Source: Podarcis vaucheri
Lineage: Eukaryota
Reading direction: 5' to 3' (one strand)
NCBI GenBank assembly: GCA_965113315.1
Contig: OZ220371.1
Length of the DNA stretch: 64,000 nt
Below are positions 14,001 to 26,005 of this stretch, piece by piece. Both the position numbers and the translations under genes were made by a program. How positions within the stretch are numbered: the stretch's first letter is position 1; each line of letters starts with the position of its first letter. The notes below the pieces were generated by a model. It did not search any database, was not told where the DNA came from, and saw only the letters and a program-made list of their open reading frames with translations.

Positions 14001-14762
14001 TCATCACTATTTAGTCCATCTGGTTTTATTTTGCTCTTTTATTTGCTGCACAGATGCTTTCAGGACACAAGAGCTCACATGCTGTAGAATCACATCAGTA
14101 GTTGGTGGCAAAGAAACTGCTACTGGTGGTCCCTGCAAAAACACAGCTAACCGATTATTTCAGCATCTTTATTCCATCTCTAATTGGGAACAGCAGCAGC
14201 ATATGTTTTAAATGCAGAAAGTCTTGGGCTGAATGTTTCCAATCCTATTCCAGGGGTCGGATAGGATGGGAACATAGCTCAGGGCTAGTGCATGGGCTTT
14301 TCCAGGCTGAAGGCTCTATGTGAAAAGCTTGAAAGACATTGCCAGTTAATGCAAATGACACTTCAGTTACAACCAACAGGGAAGCGTACGGGATAGGTCA
14401 TAGTGGTGGCATTAGTCTTTGGTCTTAGGGGTTGCCAACATTGTACCAATGGGCACCAGTGTGTCTGCCAGGAACTTCTATGGCGACCATGAAAAATCTC
14501 AGTAAATATATTCTTTAAAAATCCGCTGTACATGAAAGAATGTTTGCTCTTCCTGCCCAGTTCCTATTTGCATGGGTTCAGCCTCTCCGATATTGAACAT
14601 GCCTCCTTAAACCTGCTCACATTTCACTCAATGCCTACCCTTCCCTTGGTTCTTTACAAACGAAAGGTGCAAAGAACTTCCCTCTTTAAGTGACCATGTG
14701 GTGGCTGATGTAGATACCATTTCACCCTTTGATAGGGTGGTTGATGGGTGGGGATACCTACA

Positions 14763-14880
14763 CCAGTGTTTCCCAACCTTTTTTGGGCAAAGGCACACTT
14801 GTTTCATGAAAAAAATCTCGAGGCACACCACCATTACAGCCCCGTGACGTCAGCGTGCAGCGTCACGCCGGGAGGGACAT
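14763..14880 (+). mobile_element. hAT-Charlie-like left end (truncated)
   Basis: CAGTGTTTCCCAACCTTTTTTGGG terminus; no matching right TIR seen nearby. Confidence 0.55.
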
Positions 14881-15049
14881 GAATTGCTAGCAAATTACAT
14901 AATCACCTCCTTGAGGGCTGGCTCATCTTCTCCGAAGGCAGAACCCCATTAATTATCAGCACAGACTCACACCATAGCCAAGACGAGGGGGGAAAACCTC
15001 AGTCATGCACAGTCATGCACATGTGGGGGCTAAATGAGGACGAAGACCG

Positions 15050-15220
15050 GGCAGAGAGCAGGGTTCAAATCACCCCACCTGGCCAGGACAATCCCTGGGT
15101 GCTCCCTTGGGCCACTCGCCTGACCCACCTCGCAGGGCTGTTGTTGCGAGGATAACACGGGGAGAACCACGCGCGCCCCCGGGAGCTCCTTGGAGGAGAA
15201 AGCGGGCAATGAATGCAATG
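15050..15220 (+). mobile_element. Old Squam3/Ther1(MIR)-like SINE relic inside the CpG island
   Basis: B-box GGGTTCAAATC, core CACCTCGCAGGGCTGTTGTTGCGAGGATAA, 3' GAGCTCCTTGGAGGAGAAAGCGGG. Confidence 0.7.
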
Positions 15221-15606
15221 CACGAAATATATGAGAGGCGACCAGGTTTTGCAAGTGAGGGGCCCCCGCCAGCCTCCGCTTCCAACACCCGGCGCAACGA
15301 CGCCGAAGTTTCCCCCCGGGCTCGGCTCGGGGAGCAGCGCTGCTCCCCCCCGGCTCCCCTTCGCCCTCCCGGCTCTCTCTGCCACCCACCAGGGACCTCC
15401 CTCACCTGCCAAGTCCGGAGCGCCGGTGGAAGTTGCATGCATGCATGCAGGGCGCCGCGTTGCCATTGCATTGCACTGCACTCCATGCAACGCCTGCACG
15501 CATGCATTGCCTTGCATGCCCGCCAAGGGGTCTCCCTGCGGTCCGATGCGTCCCCTCCGGCGCGGATGCAGCATTGCAAAAATAAAAAACCCCGACGCAG
15601 CCCTAC

Positions 15607-15663
15607 CTGGGGGGCAGCCTCCGCCGCCGCCACTCCGCCTCCGCGGGGATCCCCGGGCTCCAT
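15607..15663 (-). CDS. Probable first coding exon of an unidentified gene (MEPGDPRGGGVAAAEAAPQ, phase 0)
   Basis: Lies in the CpG island. Kozak context gcAggATGG, 19 codons, then donor CAG|GTAGGG at 15607/15606. No downstream exon confidently linked. Confidence 0.6.
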
Positions 15664-16036
15664 CCTGCTGCCCGATCTCTGCGGGGGTGCAGGCAGGCTG
15701 CGCGGGGTCTGCGCGGAAGAGCCCCTGCTCGCCCGGCCGCCGCTGTGCTCATTCCATGGCCGGGAGAAGAGCGCTTCAAACAAAATGCCCGGCCCCCCAG
15801 GCCACGCTGGGAAACGTAGTTCATGCACCCCGCGCGGGCGCGGAGCCCAAGGGCGAGGGGACTACGGATCCCGGCAGCCCCCGCGCCAGGGACGAAGGGG
15901 TGAAAAGTGAAAATCCAGACACAAAGGTTGTTGAGCTTTTTTTTGGCAAAGTTACTGAGCTTTTTTTCATTTTTGCCAAGGTTTTTGAGCTTTCTTTAGT
16001 TTTTTAGTTTTGTTGAGGAGTTTTTAGGCTATGACA

Positions 16037-16151
16037 TGGGTTGCCAGACATCCAGATTTTCCCAGACATTCCAGAGATTTCTGCCTGGACATTGTTTCCA
16101 AGGGCTGCATCCCGGCAATGTCTGGGAAATTCTGGACGTATGGTAACCCTA
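16037..16151. mobile_element. hAT-Ac-like MITE (probably extends left through the AT-rich GAGCTTTTT repeats to ~15900)
   Basis: TGGGTTGCCAGACATCCAGATTTTCCCAGACATT ... AATGTCTGGGAAATTCTGGACGTATGGTAACCCTA inverted ends. Confidence 0.65.
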
Positions 16152-17734
16152 GCTGTCAGGGAACTGCCATCCATCGGCTCAGGAGGGAGAGGGGAAAAGC
16201 CAGATGGATTACAGAGAGCCCCCAAAGATCGTGGGAAGCAGCTCCTCCTCAGCAGAGGAGAGTAACCACGCCTCCAGTGGAGAGGAGCTTCAGGGCTCGG
16301 AGGAGGTGAGGTGGTGCCAGGACACCTTGCCTGGGCAAAGCGGGGAGGAGAGAGGTCCTCCATTACCCACACCCTCCTTGCGCAGTAAGCTTTCGCGCCG
16401 AGAGGGGAGGCGCAGACTGGGCGTCAAGAAACTACTTTGCTGGGGAAGGTTTAAGGACTGCCCACTCACGGATTCTGTCAGTGAAAGAGCCAGCCACGGG
16501 AGAGTGGCGCTCTGGACAGATAAAGTTTATTTTGGCATCAAAAGCAAGGCTTTGGAGCCGAGCAGGGAGGCATTTGCCTGCTCGCTCTCGAGCAACCCCT
16601 TGGAACCTTAACACTAGCCTATGGCAACGGTTGTAGAATGGTGGTTATCTGCACTGGGTTAGGCGTCCAATAATCCATAAAAGCTATTCAATGTAATTCT
16701 GTCTATTCCTATGCTAATTTTTCTTTTTCTTTTTAAGTAAGTGGAAATGCATATCTGGATAGTGTTCCTTATATATTGCAACATACACATTTATCGACAT
16801 TCCTTTTGGGTATTTGCTATGCTTTTGTTTTGTCACCATGGAGCATAGGCATTCATTGAAGCATTGCCATATGCTTGTGACATCATTCAATAACAGCAAC
16901 TTAGTGAATTATAAGAAGGATTCTTTTGCACAACCCAGCTGATTGCCTCAAAGCCAAGAACAACTATAAGCCATTTAGGTCAGAAAGCTAGGTTGATAAA
17001 AAATGTATAATGTTACATGTGCATTTTGACCTAGTTAAAGAGAGAGTGCAAGGACTACACAAGAATGTGGGCTTTTGAATTCAGTCACATGGAAAGAAAC
17101 AGAGGACATGTTTCAGAATAGAAGCATATTGAAAGGGCCTTAGACTTTTAATGAAAATTCATTGCAATGCAAAGTACATGCCCTGTCCTTTTTTTCTCCT
17201 TTACTCATCCTACCTTGTATGCAGGGGTAGAAATAGAATACATTTCCATCCCTTGTTCTGATATATGCAAATTCTATATTTTTCTTGCACACATCATACT
17301 TTAATTAAAGAACCTGGTGTGATTGTGGTGGGAGCGAGTGAAACTGACATGGCTTTCACTATACCTTTATCAGTTTCACTATCCAAGAGGAGAAGGTGGG
17401 GCCCTTGAAATAAATGGCTTGGATTTGGCATGCAGGAAATGGTGGAAGGGCGGCTTATTTTATTTACTGGTTTATTTATTAAATTTCTATCCTGCCCTTT
17501 CCCCCAAAGAAGTTCAGCATGGCAAACAACAAAGAATAATGCAATTAAAGTGAAATAAAAACATATTTAAAACAATTCAGAACATCTAAAAACATCTAAT
17601 TTACTCATTTATTCATCTACTTTAAATATATGCTCTTATAAAACTGCAGGTTAATACAATAATCCTGCCAATGTTCTTCTCTGTTTACAGTTTATTTGCA
17701 AATATTCAATAAACCATGCAGTCAGTAACTATTG

Positions 17735-17942
17735 GCCATAATGGCTTTGCTCTGCCTTCATGGCTAGAGGCCTTAAGCCTCTGAATGCCAGTTGCTGGAA
17801 ACCACAGAATGGGAAAGTTTGGTTGCTCTCAGGTCCTGTTTCAGGCTTCCCACAGGCTTCTTGTTGGCCAATGTGAGAAGAGGAAGCAGAACTAAATGGG
17901 AAACTGCCTTGATTCAGTAGGTCTTCTTGTGTTCTGATGTAT
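17735..17942 (+). mobile_element. Old CR1 LINE 3' UTR fragment
   Basis: Homologous to 37120-37350 (CCAGTTGCTGG, GTTGGCCA(A/C)TGTGAGAA, TCTTCTT(G/A)T(G/A)TTCT tail). Confidence 0.65.
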
Positions 17943-18624
17943 TACTTGCATTCGGTTTTGCTTAGATTCATGCCCTTGACACGTATGAGAAAATAGAGCT
18001 TTCTGGGTGAATAAGTGCAGGCTGGGAAATGCTCTGAACATGTAGCAGAGCACATAGCACTTTGCAGAGACCAGAGTTCTGTGAATGAGGAAAGGTTGCT
18101 GAAGGAGAAGCAAGCCCCCTTTGTGGAATCTGCTGCCATAGTTTGGTTAAACAGATTTCTGCCATTTGCTATGATTTCATTCAATAGTTGTATATGCCAA
18201 CCGCTATGTGGAGCTCAAGGTAGTTCACAATAATAGCAGCATTGAAAATTAGCAAACTTACAATGACTGTAATCGTATCAAAAACACAGTAGCATTTGAA
18301 TAAGGCTTTTAAAACAAACAAATTCATAAAGCAATTAATACAACTCAGTGCAAACTCATAGTAGTTCAACATATCAGATATGGCTGCCACCTAACTTCTA
18401 CATTTGACTGGTTCAAAACTTGTATTTTAAGTGGTGTTTCCAGGAAGAACAAAGAACTGCAAAAACCCCATTGGTTTCCCTCAAAAGAATGTCAGTCCTA
18501 AACTTCTTGTTTAAGGAAGAGGGGACAGAAGGGCATCTTGGGCATCTATGGTTGGCCACTGTGAAAACGGGATGCTGGACCAGATGAGGCATTGGCCTTC
18601 ACCAGCAAAGCTGTCCCCACCTTT

Positions 18625-18931
18625 GAGAAGAAGAAGAAGAAGAAGAAGAAGAAGAAGAAGAAGAAGAGGAGGAGGAGGAGGAGGAGGAGGAGGAGTTTGG
18701 ATTTGATATCCCGCCTTTCACTCCCCTTCAGGAGTCTCAAAGCGGCTAACAATCTCCTTTCCCTTCCTCCCCCACAACAAACACTCTGTGAGGTGAGTGG
18801 GGCTGAGAGACTTCACAGAAGTGTGACTGGCCCAAGGTCACTCAGTAGCTGCATGTGGAGGAGCGGAGACGCGAACCCGGTTCCCCAGATTACGTGACTA
18901 CTGCTCTTAACCACTACACCACACTGGCTCT
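18625..18931 (-). mobile_element. Squam3-like SINE with (CTC)n(CTT)n tail
   Basis: Minus strand GAGCCAGTGTGGTGTAGTGGTTAAGAGC head, GGGTTCGCGTC B-box and CORE-like CTCACAGAGTGTTTGTTGTG; 4 copies in the window. Confidence 0.9.
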
Positions 18932-20585
18932 TAATAGAAAATATTTTGAATATTCCACTCATAATTTCTTCATACTCCTGGAAAGAATTCTGCCATCTTG
19001 TAGGTCAACACAGAAACTCTAGGCCACTAGGAACTGCAAATCCCAGCAAGCTTTGAAATTGAGAGCATGTGCAACCTATGTGATGATTGGGAGCTATCAT
19101 CCAAAAAGCATGCGGTGGGTCGACCTCATTGCTATATGCAGCCTAACAGAAAGCATAGTTAGCTGTCACGGAGAAATACAAGACAGCGTTATGGTGAGAA
19201 GAGTAATTTCCTGTATCTGCATAGAGTTATTGGACATCACAAACCTGGCCAGAAAATGAAGACTGTAAATGTGCACCAGGAATCTTACATATATTACCAT
19301 AGCGGAGAGATTGCAGTACTTCAGAGATAATGTCAAAAGAACAGAACTCTGCCATAAGATAAACATTTGGTTTCTGGAGAAATGTTGGCATGAAGCCACG
19401 TCTCTCTCCTGTCCCCGCCCCCTTCTCTAGCTCTGATCATGAGGCATCAATTCCGTAGGTGCATTTTATTATAGTGTTTTGATTTCTGCTATAAAATATG
19501 GGCTATTTTCTTGCTACTGGATGTTTGTGAGCTAGCCTGCTGTTGCTCAGTGTGCTAGCATTAAACAAAAAAGTACTCTAATTGGTTCAAGAACAAATCC
19601 TGTGGTCTTTTTGCTGTTGGGACTATTGGGGGGGGGTGTTTTTAAAAAGCAGCATATCCAAGGTGTCCGCTATGGAAATCAATTCAGGCAATGGGACTTC
19701 TGGTTTCTGTTCTCCCCCTCCTCCTTTCAGTGTGCCCCCCCAATCTGCTCAAGGGCACCCCTGAACCCTCTAGAGCAGATTTCGGGCTGCACATTGTGCT
19801 GCAGTGGTGATGAGCCCCACTGCACAAACTGAGCCCATTCACCCTATGCTGGGCATCACCCATGTTCTTTTTATGATGGTGAGATGGACTGTTGGTATTA
19901 AATACTCTTCAGAAGCACACTGGAAGCGATCTTTAAAGACAAAGGTTCTAAACTAGTGGAAGTAGTGAGAGTAAATTATGTGAAGGGTTTCTTGCCTGCT
20001 ATGATCTCTGATCATGGCTTTGCTGGCTTTTGAAACAGTACAGAATTTTTACCAAGGAGACCACAGTGGGGCCAAAACCAGTAGTGTCATACACTCATAT
20101 CACTTGGGAACTTTTTATTTTTAATAGTTACACCCTCCCTCCCCACTGCAAGCCCTTAAAACAATTTAAAAGAGTATCCCATCATCATGAAAGTAGGGTG
20201 TTGTGTTGTTGTTGGTTTTTTTTTTTTAAAAAAACCCTAAATATACCTTTGGGCAAGAATAGATTACAAGTAACTTAAAAGCTGATTTTCTGCATCCAGT
20301 TTTGGTTCCACAATGTAGACACCAGATACTTTCTTATAAAATATCCTGATTCAGTGGGAGACAGACATGGCTTCTCCCACCTGTTTCAACTTCCATCAGC
20401 CCTTGCAAACATGGCCAACCCCCGTACAACTTAAGAGCACCTTTCGGGTCATGCTCCATGACTAAAGGCAGCAGAGCAGCCACCTGCAGAATAGAGTGTG
20501 GCTCTGTTCCTGAGTAGATTTTCTCTGAAGCTCTGAAGCTTCTCTGAAGCTTCGGATGTACTCTACCCTGCAGGATGCTTTAAGT

Positions 20586-20713
20586 CAGGGGAGAAAACTT
20601 GTATGACCCTCAAGATGTTGTTTGAATCCAACTCGCATTGTCCCTTACCACCGGCCACCATGTTGGTAGGGGCTGATGGGAGTTGGAGTCCAACATCTGG
20701 TTCGCTATCCCTG
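20586..20713. mobile_element. hAT MITE, family C (palindromic)
   Basis: CAGGGGAG...TATCCCTG ends; GATGGGAGTTG core as in 44101. Confidence 0.6.
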
Positions 20714-20749
20714 CTTTTAAGCTCTCCACTGGCTCTAGACCAGTGCTGA

Positions 20750-21053
20750 AGCCATTTTCTGTTTGTTGGCCTCATAACTTATAACTCTCTCATAACTGGA
20801 GAGCCAGTGTGGTGTAGTGGTTAAGAGCAGTGGACTCGTAATCTGGTGAACTGGGTTTGCGTCCCCGCTGCTCCACATGCAGCTGCTGGGTGACCTTGGG
20901 CTAGTCACGCTTCTCTGAAGTCTCTCAGCCCCACTCACCTCACAGAGTGTTTGTTGTGGAGGAGAAAGGGAAAGGAGAATGTTAGCCGCTTTGAGACTCC
21001 TTGGGCAGTGATAAAGCGTGATATCAAATCCAAACTCTTCTTCTTCTTCTTCT
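20750..21053 (+). mobile_element. Squam3-like SINE (20798-21053) with a 5' leader (20750-20797)
   Basis: Full head to (CTT)n tail; leader shared with the 36.8-kb copy. Confidence 0.9.
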
Positions 21054-21855
21054 ACATAACCTTGCATCCAGTTCCACAGTGACCCCGACTACCCTGTATT
21101 CTTCTCAGTACGCCCTATGGGATGTGACCCAGAAAGGAACACTGCTCTGTGCCCCACTGCACCAGGGGATTTCAACACACGCTGCTGGACACCCAGCTAC
21201 AGCTCTTACTGGGGCCCTGCATTATCTACCCCCCTTTAATCTCAATGCCCTCCTTGCTTCTCCCTCTCATGCCCTAAATCATTATCAAATTCTCTTTACT
21301 ATTTCTGGATCTGTTTCTCCCCACCCCCCATCCCTTGCTCTTTTAAAGCTAGTTCCTAGGGATGGAACTCAGCATCCAACTTTGGTAGTGGGGAACATTG
21401 TCTGACAGATGAAACATTTCCAGTGGTTCAGAGGGAAGTTAATTTTAGGGCAGAATCATGCCACACACCCTAGCTTTCTCATTTTCGTTATCATTTGCCC
21501 ACATGCAAGCTGCCCCATGGCTCACAGTTCCAGAAGCTTATATTTAGAATGCATGCAATATTTTGTATTAAGCCTTCTTTTAGTTCCCTGAACACAGAGC
21601 AACTTCTGCTGTGCATTATCTCAGTCCTTCTTGACCTTCTCTCAGCACTAGTATTTTACCCCTGTTTTTCAATAAATATAACTTTATGTGTCTTACTGAG
21701 GCTGTGAAGGCTTTTATATATCTTCCTGGTTGCTTCTTTGCACTATTTCAAGCAAAATGCTTCATATATCAGTTTTGTTTCAGACAAAATACTGCAGTGT
21801 GGTCCCCCCTCCCAAATCCCTGACAAACTATACATATAAAGTGAGATTATTGAGA

Positions 21856-21856
21856 G

Positions 21857-21943
<87 letters not shown>
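21856..21943. repeat. Compound microsatellite (GTT)n(ATT)n
   Basis: Directly visible. Confidence 0.98.
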
Positions 21944-21944
<1 letters not shown>

Positions 21945-21993
21945 CTTTTCAGCCAAGGCAGTCCAAGCTTCTCCCTGATAAAGAGTGGCATGT

Positions 21994-22221
21994 TTTTTGG
22001 GAATGGTTTATTGAATATTTACAGATAATTGCAAAGAGATAAAAACATTGGCAGGATTATTGTAATAACCTGCTGCTTCAAAGGAGTTTATATTTAAAGT
22101 AGATAATTAAATGAGCAAATTAAATGAATTTGGATATGCAGAAGATATTAAAAAATAAAAAATGATTGTAAAATTAATGAAATGTATAAATTCAAAAAGT
22201 ACAAATAAAAACTTTTTTTTA
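21994..22221 (+). mobile_element. L1-like LINE 3' end
   Basis: ORF2 C-terminal remnant (WEWFIEYL), AATAAA, and TSD AAAGAGTGGC at 21980-21989 and 22222-22231. Confidence 0.7.
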
Positions 22222-23857
22222 AAAGAGTGGCGTGTGTCCAGTCATCTGTTTGAAGGAGTCCTCTACTTGAAGGACTGTTGAATTCAGGTTTGACATAAAG
22301 ATCAGCAGCCATGCGAAGTGTGAGTAGCAGTGTTGAAGTTGCCCGTTAACCGATAGCTCCTGGACAACAGGTTGAGCAAGCAGACAGATCACCATACATT
22401 TAAACCCACTCAGCTGTTGGTCAACAGCTAGGAATTACATTACAGGACACCCACCCACCCCAAATACTCCACAATTGATGTAATCCTGGCCCATCACCAA
22501 AACACACGCACACAACTTTGTTCTCTGTGTCTGTTGCACAAAGGGAAGGTGATTGTGGTCCAGCTAATAGAGTCTTCGGATTCTGCCATCTTTATTCAAG
22601 TTTCATGCTTCGTTTCAGTAGGAAGCCTGCAAGACTCTGGGTTTTAAGAAGTCAGCTATAAAAGGTATGAGTAGAATATGCTCAAAGAAATGAACGATTC
22701 TTGGTGTGTGAGACTTTTTCATTATGAAGAAGAGAACTGATTATTTTTTCATGGAAGCAGTTGGTATTACAGCACAGGGGAAATGTTGCTGGAGTTCTTG
22801 GTTCTGAGAGTTCCTTTTTCTGTGAACATTTTTCTACCGCTGTCACTATTTTTTTCTGAGTAGGTTCCCCCCACCCTAGTTTTCTTTCAAAGGCTGAAAA
22901 CCACAGCTGCAGTTAGGGACGACTGGAATGTCTATGAATAATTCCTCTAAGCTGATTGAAGAGAGTTTTGCTTCCCTCAGAATTTCTCAGGTATTTTCCC
23001 TGAGTGGAAACCTATGATTTTGCTCTAGCCAGATTCACTGAAACTGGAAGCTGGTTGTGTTCTACAGTCATAAAAAGGATGAAGGGTACTATATACATGG
23101 TTTAAATGAATAAATACATATTTTTAAAAGAGATGTCCACACTTCACTGACCCATACCCAAATCAAATGGGTAATCTCCCAAACCCTAAAGATTTGAGGA
23201 AAGTGTTATTTTAATTGTTGGGTTTTAAAAAATGACTATTTATAAGAATGTCTTCCTTTCTTTACCACCATATGCTACAGATGTGCATGGGCCTCTAGTT
23301 TTGCTTTGTGTCTGTGTTTTTTTTGTTTGTTTAAATACAATCTGTTTCTGTGTCAATCTCTGTTCTGTCCACTTCAATCTGTAATTCAGTTTTCAGTCAT
23401 TCTGTACAAAATGTAGCTCAGTAGTCACCATCCATTATTACAGAGACCCAGAGGAGGCCCACTGAAAACCCTTTGCTAGCTGAGCTCTGCCCTGGGGGTA
23501 AATCTACATCAATGGTTTTTAACGTTAAGGAAGAGTTTTGATATCCATATGAACACATGACGTCCAAACTTTCACATTCATAGTGCCTTATTAAAATGTG
23601 ACACCAGAGGGTGTAGGCAGAGCAACCAGCAACTGGCAGTAGCGAAACAGCATTTTTGCAAGGTAAGAAACGGTTCATTTTACATGTATGCCCCGTGACG
23701 TTTTAGAACGATATACCGGTATCTAATAACATGAAACAAGTCAGTGTAGGTCCAGCCCTGTGCTGTCAGCAGATATGCCATCAGTGGTAGCCTCTACTGT
23801 TTGGCGGCAACTGTTAAGCGATGCACACTAGCAAAACCTCACCCCTTCTTCCTAATA

Positions 23858-24067
23858 CAGTGGTACCTCAGGTTACAAACACCTCGGGCTACAGACTCCG
23901 CTAGTAGTACCTCAGGTTAAGAACTTTACCTCAGGATGAGAACAGAAATTGTGCGCTGGCGGCAGCGGGAGGCCCCATTAGCTAAAGTGGTACCTCAGGT
24001 TAAGAATGATTTCAGGTCAAGAATAGACCTCCAGAACGAATTATGTTCATAATCAGAGGTAACACTG
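23858..24067 (+). mobile_element. pogo/Tigger-like MITE, family A
   Basis: Same TIRs and body as 6187; TA flanks. Confidence 0.9.
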
Positions 24068-24077
24068 TACTTAACCT

Positions 24078-24214
24078 CAGAGCTTTTTTTAAAGCCAGAA
24101 CTCACCGGAACTCAATTCTGGCATTTCTCAGGTGGATGTCATTGCCATTCTAAGAGAAAAAGGAAGGTGTTTGTGGTGAGTTCCGGCACCTCTTTTTCTA
24201 GAAAAGTAGCACTG
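24078..24214 (+). mobile_element. hAT MITE, family D
   Basis: CAGAGCTTTTTTT...AAAAGTAGCACTG; TSD cttaacct/cttaatct; second copy at 55289. Confidence 0.8.
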
Positions 24215-25159
24215 CTTAATCTGCAGTTTATTATTTAATCTGTCTTTAGGTGCAATCCCATACCCATTTACCTGGGAGTAAACTTCTCCCAATAGGACTT
24301 ACATCGGTCTAAACAGGTATACTATACACAGCGTAGGATTGTGCTGCTTGTGTGACTGAATACTGTCAACCATGATTTGCTTCCTCCTTCCTTCCAAGGA
24401 ATTAATTACCGGGGGATAAATATTATCAAAATCCTGGTGTAAAATAGTGCTCTTCTAAAAAGGTTTTGATCAATATTTGGTCTGCAGAAGAGTGCTTACT
24501 GCAGTATGTAGTAAATAAGGCGAGGAGATTCTTCTAGCGCCCTCTAACAAGGCCCAAAGGCTCACGATACCCTGGTGACTCTCGGCTGCTTCAGCCGGCT
24601 CAGCGCTTCTTTGACGGGCAAAAACTGCTAAGCACTCCCAGAATATAGTAAGTAGGGGATCAAAGCTTCTCATCAGCAGAGAGGAGAAGGAGAAGGAGAG
24701 AGGTTTCAAAAATAGAATGCGGGGGAAGACGGCGTGCATATCAAATCATCGCTGAACTCGTTGCCAGCACGAGGCAAAAAGCAGGGTTTCCCCAGCAGAG
24801 AAAGCAGATGCATAAGAAACCAGGCCGTGAGAAAAAAGTTAATTTGAAAGTGTCTGCTGAAGTTTCCTGCCAGGGTTTCTCACTCTGATTGCACCAAGGC
24901 TGACAGCAGGACCAAGAAGCCTTCATCAAGAGTGGGCATGTGGAAGGGGGAAGGGGGTGTGGCCACCCCTGTACAAACTACAGTTACAGCACATGCACAC
25001 AGTGTGCACAACCCCAGCAATAAAGCTTGGGTGGGGGTGAGACAGCTTCCCACCCACTAGAGGGAGAATGATCGGCAGCAGCGGAGAGATGAATAGCTAT
25101 GGAGGCATTTGGCTTGGGCTCCATATTCACATCTGGACTTGTGCGCCTCCTGGTCCACA

Positions 25160-25335
25160 AGTCAATGGCAGAGCTTACGCTTTGCATTCTGAAGGTCTCA
25201 CGTCCAGTCCTAGGCATCTCCAGTTAAATAGGTCAGGCAACAGGTGATGGGAAATACCTCTCTGTTGCCACCCTTGAGCAGATAATAGTGTTCTGGATGG
25301 AGAAATAGTTGGACCTGTTATAAGGCAGCTCCCTT
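25160..25335 (+). mobile_element. Degenerate tRNA-derived SINE (Squam2-like)
   Basis: TCAATGGCAGAGC...GAAGGTC...GGCATCTCCAG head and TATAAGGCAGCT tail. Confidence 0.55.
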
Positions 25336-25749
25336 TGGTCCCGTCTTCCCCTAGTGCAGTAAAGCAGCACCTCCTTTTTTTAAAGTCAGAAGACAGCTTG
25401 CTGTTCCCAATATGAATTCGAAGCCCATCTCCAGAATTTTAACATTCCTTACTCCACCACAAGTCTCCTCCCACTTTGAAGGCAGCAGGGAGGTGTCATG
25501 GGAGGCTGCTGTGTGAAACTTCCACCCCTTTCTTCTGGAATGCTACAACAGAAGCAACACGGGTAGTGGAGACCCTGGGAAACCTAATTTTCCCCGGATG
25601 CCACTATCCTTATGATGGAGGAGTCTTACACCAAGGCTCCAGTAAGATTTCCACAAACTGGTGGGAAGGGGTAGGGCTCAGGCCCAGAAGGGATATGGAT
25701 TAGATAGATTGCAAGAGTTATACAGGTAGGATGGAGACAGGTACAGGCA

Positions 25750-25808
25750 TTCCATCTGGAATTCAGTAAGAAGTAGAGAATCCATCTGGAATTCAGTAAG
25801 AAGTAGAA
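25750..25808. repeat. 30-bp tandem duplication
   Basis: TCCATCTGGAATTCAGTAAGAAGTAGA twice. Confidence 0.9.
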
Positions 25809-25820
25809 AATACTTCAGAG

Positions 25821-26005
25821 CAGAGCTTTCCAAACTTTTCATGTTGGCAACACACTTTTTAGACATGCATCATTTCACAACACAGTAATTCAGTTTTACT
25901 AGCAAACTGGAGGTTAAACCAACCCCTTTCCAGCGCTTGCATGACACACCTACACACTGCAGCGGACACACTAATGTGTCATGACACATAGTTTGGAAAG
26001 CTGTG
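25821..26005. mobile_element. hAT-Charlie-like MITE
   Basis: TIRs CAGAGCTTTCCAAACT / AGTTTGGAAAGCTGTG; TSD cttcagag/ctgtagag. Confidence 0.8.

Larger units (their letters stand above)
15030..16600. promoter_or_regulatory. CpG island / promoter region
   Basis: Dense CpG and high GC at 15030-15900 and 16370-16600 against a CpG-depleted background; E2F-type TTTCGCGC at 16391-16398; contains a Kozak ATG and a splice donor. Confidence 0.85.

Noticed and set aside
15030-16007. Long overlapping ORFs (252-267 aa) on both strands
   Set aside because: Expected stop-codon scarcity in a CpG island; they run through a SINE relic and show no recognisable domain.
21730-22042. Poly-V/I/L ORFs, and the poly-N and poly-K ORFs at 1.7 and 18.6 kb
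   Set aside because: Microsatellite translations.
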